A stretch of 64,000 nt of DNA from positions 1,088,001 through 1,152,000 of the forward strand of contig CAWAUV010000007.1 of assembly GCA_963785305.1 (NCBI GenBank). The letters run 5' to 3'. How positions within the stretch are numbered: position 1 is the first letter of the stretch; the number at the start of each line of letters is the position of its first letter. The notes under the pieces were generated by a model. It was not told the DNA's origin. It ran no database searches and saw only the letters and a list, made by a program, of their open reading frames with translations. A program made the translations under genes and the position numbers. The stretch comes from an uncultured Planctomycetaceae bacterium (GTDB lineage: Bacteria > Planctomycetota > Planctomycetia > Pirellulales > PALSA-1355). Below are positions 20,743 to 33,237 of the stretch, piece by piece.

Positions 20743-22365
20743 TTAACCGAATTGCGGGCCGTTTTTCAGGGGTTCCAGGCGCGGCAACCCGTATTCGGCC
20801 CAGCGGCGGCTTACCGTTGCTTCGATTTCGGCCGGCCGGGTCAGCCGCGCGGGCCAATCGCGGTCGTGCTCCTGGGGCCATTTACTCGTGGCGTCGACCC
20901 CGATTCGCTCCACGAGACCGCCACCGGGCGCGGCGTGGTCGTGGTCGTCGCCGGCGCCGGTGTGGAAAAAAACATCGCGGCCCGGCGAGACATGGGCCGC
21001 CATGCGCGCGAGAACTTCGTCGGAATTTCGCAGATCAACATCGGCGTCGACGACCACCACCCACTTGGTCGTTTCGACTGGCCCTAGTCCCCATAGGGCG
21101 CTCGCGGCCCGCCGCGCCGCGCCGACCGATTGCTTGTGAATCGCGAGCACCGCCATTGCCCGATCGCCGCCCACCAGCGGCAGCGCCACATCGACCAGTT
21201 CGGGAACCACGGCCGCGAGCATCGGTCGCAGCAAGGCGCCGCGCATCGCCTGCACGACCGCGGCGTCGCCCGTTGGACGCCCGGAGCGCAAGTCGCCCAC
21301 GATTTCAAGCGGAAGCACCGGCCGGGCCCGATGGCTGATGGCGGTGACCTCGAACAGCCAGGGCTCGGGCCGAGGATCGCGATAATGTCCGGTCGCGGAA
21401 TCGGCTAGTCGCAAGACATCGCCCGCCGAGCGCGCCTCGCTTCCGCCCGCCGACGCGGTGTTCGACCCCGCGGCGCCGGGGACTTCGGTCATGATCGCTC
21501 GGGGACCGAAGAGCCCCTCGATCACCATTTCGGCGTCGGCCGGAACCATGAGCGGTTGGCTGCGCCGGGGTGACATCGTAGGCTTGGTTCCGCGGCATGG
21601 CGGCGAGCACGAAGGCATCGATGCCGGTCCAGTCGATCGCCGCCGCCAATAAGCCGGAGGGATCGCCGCCCAAGACAAACGCCGCCGGCGCCGGGGCGCG
21701 GAGCGAGGCGCCGCGCCATTGGCTCGCCAGATCGAGCGGAGAAAATGCGAGATGCTTGCGGTCGATCACCACGCCCCGAGCCCGGCGCATCACCACCGGC
21801 CCGGCGCCTTGGGCCGAGCCGGAATCGAAGGCCGCGCCCGAAGCGGCCTCGCCCAGCGACGCCGCGGCCAACAAACGGCCCGAGAGCGCGCGGCCGGATT
21901 CCTCGGGCCAGGAGCGCGCGGCCGGCAACAGCGTGAGGTCGACATCGCGCCCCAGTCGCACGGCCTGCTGACAGGCAGCTTGGCGAACGAGCTTGGGTCG
22001 AAATTTTTCGAGCGGCGCCAGATCGCTCGCGCCGCGCAGGCGATCGAGCCAACTCGGGCGCCGCCCGGCCGCGCGATGTTGGCCATGCGCTCGGCGAGGG
22101 CCGCAAACGACGCCACGCCCAGCGCTCGGCACGCGCGGGCTTCGGAGCCGAGCAGATTCGTGACCACCGCTATCGGTCCGAGCGCGGTCTCGGCCGGGGT
22201 CGGAGGAAAGCCGCCATCGAACACGAGCGCCGGCCCGCCGACAGCGGCGACTCTCCGCGTGATCTCGGCCAGTTCCAAGTCCAAGCTGACCGGCGCGGTC
22301 ACCCTTAGTAGCTCGCCGGCGGCAAGCAGCTCTTCCAGAAACTCGCTCAAACCCGAATATGCCAT
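20743..22365 (-). CDS. Divergent UbiD-family decarboxylase-like protein, two frameshifts
   Basis: LSEFLEELLAAGELLRV..LELAEITRRV, VVTNLLGS, VPADAEMVIEG, KWVVVVDADVD, IGVDATSK across three frames. Confidence 0.8.
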
Positions 22366-22503
22366 CGCGGCATTCTACCGGCGCCGCGGCTCGGTCGGCT
22401 ATCGCGGGCGAGAAAAAGGCGGCGATTCAACGCGGACCGCATCTCGTCGCACGCCGCTCAAGGCGGTTCGCGGGCGTCCGCGCGTGCGAGGGTTCGAGCG
22501 TCG

Positions 22504-24204
22504 TCACTCGACTTTTGCTTGCAAAGCAAACAGAAGTTCGCGGGCCGCGGCCGCCGGGTCGACCGCTCGAGTCACGGCGCCGCTTACCGCCACGCGCCGC
22601 AAGCCGGCCGCGATCACCTGATCGATGTTTCCCAAATCGACGCCGCCGATCGCGAACGCCGGCAGCGCTACCGAGCGCGACACGCTCCGCGTCAGCTCGA
22701 GTCCCGGAAATTCCGCGAACTGCTTGGTGCTCGAGGGAAACGTCGGCCCCACGCCGATATAGTCGGCCTCGTCTTGCTCGGCCCGCAGCGCTTCCTCGAG
22801 CGAATGGGTCGACACGCCGACGAGCGCCTCGACGCCGACAATCGCTCGGGCCTCGGCCACGCTCAATTCGTCTTGCCCCACATGCACGCCATCGGCTTCG
22901 GCTAGCGCGGCCAGATCGGCCCGATCGTTCATTATGAATAGCGTGCGACTGCCGCGCGTCGCCGCGCAGCTCGCGAGCGCGGGCAAGCAGCTCGCGATCC
23001 CCCAGCGACTTGTCGCGAAGCTGAATGATGTCGACCTCGGCCTCGATCAGCGCGGCAATCCGGGCATGGAAGCTCGCCGCCGATCCCTCGCCATCGACGA
23101 GCACATACAGGCGGCTCTCGGCCAATCGGGCCGCGACCGAACGCGCCAACGCCAAATCCTGCTCGAGCACATAACCGCGATATCGCAGCGCCTCGAACTT
23201 CGCGCCGCGGCCGGAGCCACGGTCTTCGCGAACTCTTCAAGGCTTCGCAGCGATTGTTGGGCCCGCTTGCAGCTCGCCAGCGCCACGTCGCGCGCCGATG
23301 CGCGCGATTGCTCGGCGGCGGTCGTGAGCAAGGCGCCGACATCGCCGGGCACATTGCGGGCCGCCGACCGCGGCGGGGCCGGCAGGCTCATAAGCACCGC
23401 CGCGAGGTCGTGGCGCAACTGCTTGGCCTCGGCCGTCAACTGGCGATCGTCGAGCACGAATCGCACATAGTCTTCCACCACGCGCAATCCCTCGCCGGCC
23501 CGGTTGCCGGCCGCGTCGAGCACGCGCCATGTGGCGGAGCGTTCGCGCGGGGCGAGGGGCCGCGGGCGGTCGCGCGCGCCGCGCGTCGGCTCCGCCGCCG
23601 CGGGCGGCGCGGATTCACGCGGCGGCGCCTCGCCGGCTTCTTGCGGACCGACCGCTAGCTTCAGGGCGTCGCGATCCGAGGCCGAGGGAGCTTCGCCTGG
23701 CGGTTTTTCGAGCGGCGCGTCGTCGATAGGCAGCGGGCCGAGTTCGTGGCCGGCCAGGCGATGCACTTCGGCTTCGAGCCGCTCGCGGTCGAGCCCACGC
23801 TCGCGGAGCCAGTCGGCCATTTCACCGGGCGCGCCGACCAGTCCCAGCACCAAGTGTTCGGTGGCCAGCAGCACCGGTTGCTCGAATTCGATCAAGCAAT
23901 CGTAGGCAAATCCTATCGCCGCATGCACTTCGGGCGAGAACTGCTTGGCTCGGCCCGGGGCGCCTCCGGGGCGTTGGCACATTTGCGGCCAGTGTTCGAG
24001 CACTGCTCGATCGTCGATACCGGCCGCCGCCAGCAAGAGCGCGCCGCGACACTCCGGCTCGGCTAGAAGGCCGCGCAGCAAGTCGGGCGGATAAATTTCG
24101 TTGGAGCCTTCGCGGCTTTCCCAGACTTCGGCAAACTCGAAGGCTCGCTCGGCGCCGGGCGTAAACTGGCAATTCGGGTTCGAGTTGGACGCTAGTCGGT
24201 TCAT
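22504..24204 (-). CDS. thiE: Thiamine-phosphate synthase with N-terminal Clp-N repeat and ThiD2-like domains, two frameshifts
   Basis: Clp-N-like FTPGAERA...LATEHLVLGL; RVLDAAGNRAGEGLRVVEDYVRFVLDD; IIQLRDK, MNDRADLA, DGVHVGQDEL, GVSTHS, GPTFPSSTK, FAIGGV. Confidence 0.88.
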
Positions 24205-24407
24205 GCTGGGAGGTTAAAACATGCCGGGCGAAGTTTTGCAAATGCTCTTTCGGCTCTGGCAAGGCCGCGCCTCGTCCACTGCCGGACCTGCAAAGGATAC
24301 GTCAATCCACCAATTTGGCCGAGGGGGCCGCAAGGCGGCGCCCGAGCGGCGATCTCGGGGTGGACGGGCATGATTTATCCTAAAGCCAAGCAGCACTTTA
24401 AGTTGCC

Positions 24408-24436
24408 TTGCTCGATTTCAAATCCGGAGCTAGAAT
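24408..24436 (+). promoter_or_regulatory. Putative sigma70-type promoter
   Basis: TTGCTC-17 nt-TAGAAT upstream of the 24540 gene. Confidence 0.5.
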
Positions 24437-24539
24437 TCCGAGGCAAGTCGGGCGAAACGCGCCGCCGTTCAAGGCATCGCGAATCGCTCGCCTGCATGTC
24501 CCTTCGGACCATTTGAATTTTACTGGGTTGGTGGAACCG

Positions 24540-25213
24540 ATGTCTCGCCCCGCTCATTCGCCGCGACTCGCACGGTGGCTGCTCTGGAGCTGGCCAGGCC
24601 TGGAAGCCCTTTGGCTCGAGGGCAGTTGGCGGGCGCTCGGGGTGGCGATCGGCTTTGGCGCCGTGCTCGACCTGCTGGGCGCGGCGACGTATGTGTGGTT
24701 CGAGTTGTTTTCCTCGGCGCAGCTTATCTTGGGCTGGGGCGGACTCGCGCTCGTGTGGGCGATGTCCGCCGCGATTTCCCGTCAGCAGCGGAAGCGAAAC
24801 AACGCCCGCCAAAGCGCCCCCGCCACTCAGGACTTGTTTCAAACGGCGATGACCGAATACTTAAGAGGGCACTGGTACGACGCCGAGGCTGCGGTGAGCC
24901 GGCTCGTGGCCAAGAACCCCAAGGATATCGAAGCCCGACTCCTGTGGGCCACGCTGCTGCGGCGGGCCGGTCGCGGTGTCGAGGCCCGCGCCCAACTCAA
25001 GCAACTCGAACGACTCGACGGCGCCGAACCTTGCGCGAGGAAATCGATCGCGAATGGCAGGCGCTGTCGCTTTTGGAAAGCGCCGCGCGGGATCGTGGCG
25101 CCGTGGACCTTGTCGCGGCTTCGCCGATCGCGGAAATCGAGCTGCCGGTGTCCCACGAAGCGCCCGCCGGGCTCGCGAGCGTCGCGGCTCCGGTCCGCGG
25201 CCGGGCAGCGTGA
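24540..25213 (+). CDS. Membrane protein with a TPR-like domain, frameshift near 25030
   Basis: WPGL..LW, two TMs, then DLFQTAMTEYLRGHWYDAE...DIEARLLWATLLRRAGR. Confidence 0.7.
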
Positions 25214-25390
25214 GCGGCGGCTGACTTTTTTGGCTCTCGACGTATAGAATTACAACCATCGCAACCGATACACGGACCCAAGACACACCAACATTGGCGG
25301 GCCCTCCCCTTTTTCCCGAAGGCCCTTCCTTACTAGAGCGCCGCGAGCCTTGATGTTTCTCAAGGCTGCAAGCGCCCCACGGAGACCCCT

Positions 25391-27961
<2,571 letters not shown>

Positions 27962-27990
27962 GGCGGCAGCGAAGCATCGCAAGCCGCGCG

Positions 27991-28040
27991 ACCAACAAAC
28001 ACCAACAAACACCAACAAACACCAACAAACACCAACAAAA
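27991..28040. repeat. 10-bp tandem repeat (ACCAACAAAC)x5
   Basis: Four perfect units plus one with a terminal mismatch. Confidence 0.95.
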
Positions 28041-28041
28041 T

Positions 28042-28088
28042 CGCCGCCGCGAAAGAACTCTCTCTTTCGCGGCGGCGTTCTTTATTTA
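28042..28088 (+). terminator. Intrinsic terminator after clpC
   Basis: 15-bp stem CGCCGCCGCGAAAGA / TCTTTCGCGGCGGCG followed by TTCTTTATTT. Confidence 0.85.
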
Positions 28089-28313
28089 TCGAGCATCGGG
28101 CCGAATCAGCGCGCCGAACATTCGAGGCTGCGACGGGCCTAACATTCTCACTGGCGGTCCTGGCCAGCGCATGGCATACGCCATGCGTTGCCCTCGGGAG
28201 GCGCACGCGCCGTCAAAATCCAATCGCGTCCGCTTATCCACGCCGCCGGCTGCACAAATGTCGCATAGCACCGAGACTTCGAGAAAGCGGCGCCGAGGAG
28301 CTGTCGAAAGTTT

Positions 28314-28342
28314 TTGACGTTCAGAGGCTGGATCGGTATTCT
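28314..28342 (+). promoter_or_regulatory. Sigma70-type promoter, probably leaderless transcript
   Basis: TTGACG-17 nt-TATTCT ending 6 nt before ATG 28349; no SD. Confidence 0.6.
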
Positions 28343-28348
28343 ATTGGC

Positions 28349-28618
28349 ATGAGCACAGCCGAAGATTCGCACCTGGCTTTCCACTGCGGCGCAGCGCCGA
28401 TTTTCGCGCTTTTGACGGTGGAGCAAACCCGGCGCCTCGCCGACCTGCAAGGAGATTCGGCTATTGCCGCGCGGCTGACCGAGTTGGCGGAGCGAGCCAA
28501 CGAAGGCGAATTATCCGCCGCCGAAGAGGCGGAATACGAAGCCTACATCGAAGCCAATAACCTGCTTGCGGTTTTGCAGGCCGGGGCTCGTTTCCGGCTT
28601 ACCCATCGCGAGCCATAA
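28349..28618 (+). CDS. Small helical acidic protein, putative antitoxin of the HNH gene
   Basis: RLTELAERANEGELSAAEEAEYEAYIEANNLLAVLQAGAR; 3 nt from the HNH start. Confidence 0.7.
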   Translation: MSTAEDSHLAFHCGAAPIFALLTVEQTRRLADLQGDSAIAARLTELAERANEGELSAAEEAEYEAYIEANNLLAVLQAGARFRLTHREP

Positions 28619-28621
28619 GCG

Positions 28622-29011
28622 ATGGACGCCGCGCTCTGCGCCGCTGTTCGTGTACGAGCGGCGGAATGCTGCGAATTCTGCCAGCGGAGGCAAGCCGAAT
28701 CGCCGCTCGCGCCGCTCCAGATCGAACATGTCATTCCCCGGAAACACGGCGGAACTAATGATCTAGAGAATCTGGCATTGGCTTGCGCGGAATGCAATCC
28801 GCATAAGGGCAGCAATCTCACCGGCATCGATCCGGAAACCAACGAGGTCACACGTTTGTTCGATCCCCGTCGCGATCGTTGGATCGATCATTTCGCGTGG
28901 GCAGCGCCGCGGATCGTCGGCCTGACGGCGGTCGGCCGCGCCACCGTCCGAGTATTGGACTTCAACTCATCGGCAAGAATCATGGTCCGCCTGGCCACGC
29001 GGGCGAAATAA
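28622..29011 (+). CDS. HNH endonuclease
   Basis: CEFC...IEHVIPRKHGGTNDLENLALACAECNPHKG (zinc-binding HNH), then LFDPRRDRWIDHF. Confidence 0.9.
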   Translation: MDAALCAAVRVRAAECCEFCQRRQAESPLAPLQIEHVIPRKHGGTNDLENLALACAECNPHKGSNLTGIDPETNEVTRLFDPRRDRWIDHFAWAAPRIVGLTAVGRATVRVLDFNSSARIMVRLATRAK

Positions 29012-29214
29012 TACGGGACGGAGAATAACAGGGGACAGGTCGGACCCGCCCCGTTTATTTGCTCCTGCGTTTGTTAAACGCCTATCCGAAAATCATCGGG
29101 GACCGACTCGTTCGGGGGCTCGCTCATATTGCGATGTCCCGTGAGCAAGATGTGCCTGCCCTTCTCTCCTTGAACGGTATTCGCCGACCGGCTCAATGCC
29201 GAGCGCCCGCCTGA

Positions 29215-29694
29215 TCAGGGCGCCGAATGCTCGAGCCGCTTGGCGGCTTCGCGCTCGAGGGCTGGTTCATCTGGGTCGGCGGACCAGGCCCGGTTTTCGC
29301 TCGACGCCTCGCGGCCGCGCATTCCAATATCCGGGGCGAGCATCAATGTGAGAAACACGCCCATGAAGCCGGCCGGCAAGGTGAGGGCGTATTTCCAACT
29401 CGCCTCGTACTTCACATGCATGAAAAACAGCACGACCAACAGCGCCTTCGTGCAAGACACCGCCACCATGAACGCCCAGGCCACATGCGGGTCGTCGTGA
29501 AACGGCCACCAGCGCGACTGGGTGAAGAACGAACAGCCGGTCAGAACCGTGAGCGCGATGAACACATACCAGTATTTCGCCACGCTCTCGTGATGCCCGT
29601 GCGTGAGCTGGTCCGAGGGCGAACTGTAATCGCCCGGATACGGCTGTTCGGCCCGAGTCTGGGCACTGGCGGGAGCGAAACGAGGATCGTTCAT
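29215..29694 (-). CDS. Cytochrome c oxidase subunit IV family (CtaF-like) protein
   Basis: YWYVFIALTVLT...AVSCTKALLVVLFFMHVKYE, three TMs. Confidence 0.8.
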   Translation of the reverse strand: MNDPRFAPASAQTRAEQPYPGDYSSPSDQLTHGHHESVAKYWYVFIALTVLTGCSFFTQSRWWPFHDDPHVAWAFMVAVSCTKALLVVLFFMHVKYEASWKYALTLPAGFMGVFLTLMLAPDIGMRGREASSENRAWSADPDEPALEREAAKRLEHSAP

Positions 29695-29995
29695 GCGACG
29701 CGACTTCTTCGAGGAACCGGAATGAATGCCACTGCTCATATTAAAGAGGAAAGAGCGAGGGCTAGCCACTGAAAAACACGGAAGGAACACGGAAATCGGG
29801 CCCCGAACGCTCGGCATGAGACGGGCCCTCGCGGATGCGAGGCGCCCGGCTTTGCGAGGCAGGGGACCCGCTTGAATGGGTGGAATCAATGCACCAAATC
29901 TGGGTTTCTACGGGGGGTGGGGGGGGTTCTTGATTACACTGTCTTAAGTTTTGTGTAGGTGCTTTTTATTTTATTTTGCGATTATTGAGAAACCG

Positions 29996-30817
29996 ATGTT
30001 TTGCCAGCAGGCAATTCGATCTCGCGCGCATGCCGCGGGCCGTTGTGGTCCGCCGCCGCCGCCGCGTCTCATGCTCGCGATAGCCTTTTCCGCGGGCCTG
30101 TTCGCCTGGGCGGTTTCTCGTTCCGCCGAGGCGTCGTTCATTACCGGCGCCACGGCCACGCCGAGCTCGGTCAACCTGACCACCACCGGCGCCACGACGT
30201 GGGCGATTTGGGATGACCAGAACGGCACAAGTCAAACCGCTCCCTACGCCGCCACGAACACCAAGAACATCAACTCGGGCTTGATCAGCGGCATGTCGGC
30301 TTTGACCGGGTCGCCGCGGGGCATTACCGGCACCTTTCCCTCGGCGACATATTCCTATACCGACGGCGTAAGTCCCACGAGCAACAGCTCCGTGATCGGG
30401 GCCGTGATCGACTCGAACGTCGGCTCGGTGGGCGACGGAGTGAAACTCACGATCACCGGATCGCCCGGCGTCACCGAGATGGCGGACATATTTGTCGTCG
30501 GATTCGATGCGACCGGCCAGCTCACGGCCTCGCTGTCCGATGGCACGACTTATACCAATAGCTCGTTTACCTACAGCGGCTCGCGCACCATGTCCGAATA
30601 CATTCTGACATTTCAACCGCCGGCCACGGGTCCCAGCACGCTTACGGTTTCTTATGCCGTGTCGGCCCTGAACGGCGCGAGTTCGAATGTCGGCATTCAA
30701 GGGGTGGCGCTGAGCCTGGTTCCCGAGCCCAGCGCATTCACCTTGGCCGGCATCGGCGCCGCAATGGCGGCGATTCTCGTTTGGCGTTGCCGACGACGGC
30801 GCGAATTCGCGAGATAG
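29996..30817 (+). CDS. PEP-CTERM sorting-domain protein
   Basis: Signal peptide, Thr/Ser/Gly-rich body, LVPEPSAFTLAGIGAAMAAILVWRCRRRR. Confidence 0.88.
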   Translation: MFCQQAIRSRAHAAGRCGPPPPPRLMLAIAFSAGLFAWAVSRSAEASFITGATATPSSVNLTTTGATTWAIWDDQNGTSQTAPYAATNTKNINSGLISGMSALTGSPRGITGTFPSATYSYTDGVSPTSNSSVIGAVIDSNVGSVGDGVKLTITGSPGVTEMADIFVVGFDATGQLTASLSDGTTYTNSSFTYSGSRTMSEYILTFQPPATGPSTLTVSYAVSALNGASSNVGIQGVALSLVPEPSAFTLAGIGAAMAAILVWRCRRRREFAR

Positions 30818-30954
30818 CAGGAAGTCTCGTCATCGCCGCGCCGCCTCTTCCCGTCGCGGCCGCCGGGGGCATCGTTCGGCGATAGCGCGATCCAGCCGAT
30901 AAGGCCTGATTTCCGACGAAATCGCGAGGATTTTCTAGTCGTCCGGCGCCATCG

Positions 30955-30984
30955 TTGACAGCGATTCTAGCGCCACATTAGAAT
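30955..30984 (+). promoter_or_regulatory. Sigma70-type promoter
   Basis: TTGACA-18 nt-TAGAAT upstream of the 31122 gene. Confidence 0.6.
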
Positions 30985-31121
30985 CCTCGAAAAATCACGT
31001 TGGATCCCGGGATGGCTCCGTGGAAAATTTTGGAACCTCGGAGTTGTCGTGGGAACCTTCGCGTCCCGGGTTCGTGACCCATTGCGTTCCGATTGAAACT
31101 TCCAGCTAGAGGAATAGTCCA

Positions 31122-31848
31122 GTGAATACACGCCGCGCTGTTTTGGTCTTGGCGTTGATGTCTATTTTCGCGCATCCGTCCAGAGCGTCGCTCCTGTACG
31201 ACATTAACAGCACCGGCGAGGGAACTGCCTACTCGGGCGATGCCGGAAATTGGGGATTCGAGTTTTCGGTATCTCAAACGACGACCGTCAACGCGGCTCG
31301 GTGTCTGGGATGAAGGCTCGGCCGCGCTGCCAAGCTCTATTCAGGTCGGGCTTTGGAACGGGTCTATCGGTGGTTTGGACGCACAGGCCACTATCACGAA
31401 TTCGAGCGCCGCGGTCGCCTCCACGGCGAGCGACAAGGGTCAGTGGCTCTTCACGAATCTTGGCACGCCTGTAACTCTCATCGCGGGCGATCAATATATC
31501 CTCGGTTTCTTCAATGATAATTCCAGCTCGCCCGGCACGGGGCTCATTCCGTTTCGGGGAAGCGCGACAACCACTTTCCTCTCGGGCACGGCTTTCACCA
31601 CGAGCGAGGCAAACTCGAATGCGCAAAGCGCTCTCGCTGTCCCGACCGGCGCCCAAGGCAGTTCCACCGATGGTTGGTTCGGGCCGAATTTCTCCACCAC
31701 GGTCATCGCCGTGCCGGAGCCGACATCGCTTTCGCTCGCCGCGCTTGGCCTGATCGGACTGGCTGGCTTCGGCCCGCGCCACCGCCGCGCCGGACGTCAT
31801 GCCCGCGCTCGCGTGGATATGTACGCGACGCGCGACCCGGAATTGTGA
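31122..31848 (+). CDS. PEP-CTERM protein (DUF4082-like passenger), frameshift near 31290
   Basis: Signal peptide and GFEFSVSQTTTVN in 31122..31313, continuing LGVWD..IQVGLWN..WFGPNF..VPEPTSLSLAALGL in 31240..31848. Confidence 0.82.
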
Positions 31849-31909
31849 TTTGTCGCGCACGGCCACAATCCAACCATTAATGGCATGCCCACGCAAGCGT
31901 GGGCATGCC
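31798..31909. repeat. REP-like doublet, copy 1 (~110 bp)
   Basis: Degenerate CATGCCC(G)CGC-tc-GCGTGG(A)(T)ATG palindrome, ~60-nt spacer, then perfect GGCATGCCCACGC-aa-GCGTGGGCATGCC. Confidence 0.8.
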
Positions 31910-32031
31910 GTCCGGCGCGAGCGTTTCCGATCACAACCCGAAACGTCATTGAGGGCCAGGACGTTGTTGAATCCCCGAGCCCTATCGGCTGCGCTGACAC
32001 GTTTGTATGACCTCCCTTTTTATGACTTGTT

Positions 32032-32865
32032 ATGAAACGTGAAATCATTCTCGAGCGATTGCGGGCCAAGGTCGCCAGCGGCGGGCCGATCGTCGGCGGC
32101 GGGGCCGGAACCGGCATCAGCGCCAAAATGGAAGAGGCCGGCGGGATCGATCTGATCGTGATCTACAACTCCGGCCGCTTTCGCATGGCCGGTCGCGGCT
32201 CGCTGGCCGGAATGCTGCCCTATGGCGACGCCAATGCGATCGTGATGGACATGGCCCGCGAGGTGATTTCGGTCGTGAAACACACGCCGGTGCTCGCCGG
32301 CGTATGCGGGACCGATCCGTTTCGGCAAATGCCGCGATTCCTCCAGGAAGTCGCCGCGGCCGGATTCGCCGGAGTGCAAAACTTTCCCACGGTCGGCCTG
32401 TTCGACGGCAAGATGCGGGCCAATCTCGAAGAGACCGGCATGGGCTTCGGCCTCGAGGTCGAGATGATTCGTCTGGCCCGCGAGATGGATCTACTCACGA
32501 CGCCCTATGCCTTCACGCCCGACGAGGCCACGGCCATGACCGAGGCGGGCGCCGACATCGTGATCGCGCACATGGGCCTCACGACCAAGGGCGCGATCGG
32601 CGCGGCGAGCGCGAGCAGCCTCGAAGCCTCGGCTCGCGAGGTGCAAGCGATTCACGACGCGGCGCGGCGAGCGCGGGCTGATGTGCTGGTGCTTTGCCAC
32701 GGCGGACCGATCGCGGAACCGGCCGACGCCCAATATATTCTCGACCACACCGAGGGCGTGGTCGGTTTTTACGGCGCGAGCAGCATGGAGCGCCTGCCGG
32801 TGGAAGTGGCGATCGCCGAGCGCACGCGCGAATTCACGGCGCTCAAACTCGGCGGACGGAAATAA
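32032..32865 (+). CDS. Phosphoenolpyruvate hydrolase-family TIM-barrel protein
   Basis: [74 protein letters not shown]. Confidence 0.9.
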   Translation: MKREIILERLRAKVASGGPIVGGGAGTGISAKMEEAGGIDLIVIYNSGRFRMAGRGSLAGMLPYGDANAIVMDMAREVISVVKHTPVLAGVCGTDPFRQMPRFLQEVAAAGFAGVQNFPTVGLFDGKMRANLEETGMGFGLEVEMIRLAREMDLLTTPYAFTPDEATAMTEAGADIVIAHMGLTTKGAIGAASASSLEASAREVQAIHDAARRARADVLVLCHGGPIAEPADAQYILDHTEGVVGFYGASSMERLPVEVAIAERTREFTALKLGGRK

Positions 32866-33036
32866 GCCCGACTCCGGCCCGGCAAACCGGGCCTTCGGAC
32901 CTCCATCATCTGCCGCGGAATGCAGAGCGATGCGCTGATTGGCGGGTGGGCTTTCCCGAAGACGCGTCCCGTCAATGAAAAACGGGCCGCGAGGTTCCGG
33001 GTAACGCAAGGGGGCCGTGCGCGGTCATGAGTGGGC

Positions 33037-33196
33037 CATGCCCACGCTCGCGTGGGCATGTGCGCGTCGCGCGACGCGGAATTGTGATATGTCGCGCACG
33101 GCAGCAGTCGAACCATTGACGGCATGCCCACGCAAGGTGGGCATGGCACACGACGCGGAGTCCTCATGCCCACGCAGGGTCGTGGGCATGGCACAC
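33037..33196. repeat. REP-like cluster, copy 2 (direct repeat of 31798-31909 plus a third palindrome)
   Basis: CATGCCCAC(G)...(C)GTGGGCATG hairpins at 33037, 33123 and 33165; spacer GCGCGAC.CGGAATTGTGAT.TGTCGCGCACGGC shared with copy 1. Confidence 0.85.
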
Positions 33197-33237
33197 AGAA
33201 CGAATCCAATCCGTTATTTCAACAAGCCTGCCACGCG

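Noticed and set aside
29024..29170. GGGGACAGG... and AAGATGTGCCTGCCCTT as a REP/MITE pair after the HNH gene
   Set aside because: Only short degenerate complementarity and no second copy in the window
31798..33196. Palindromic repeats as a CRISPR array
   Set aside because: Spacers are conserved between copies and irregular in length, and no cas genes are present; they fit REP-like elements better
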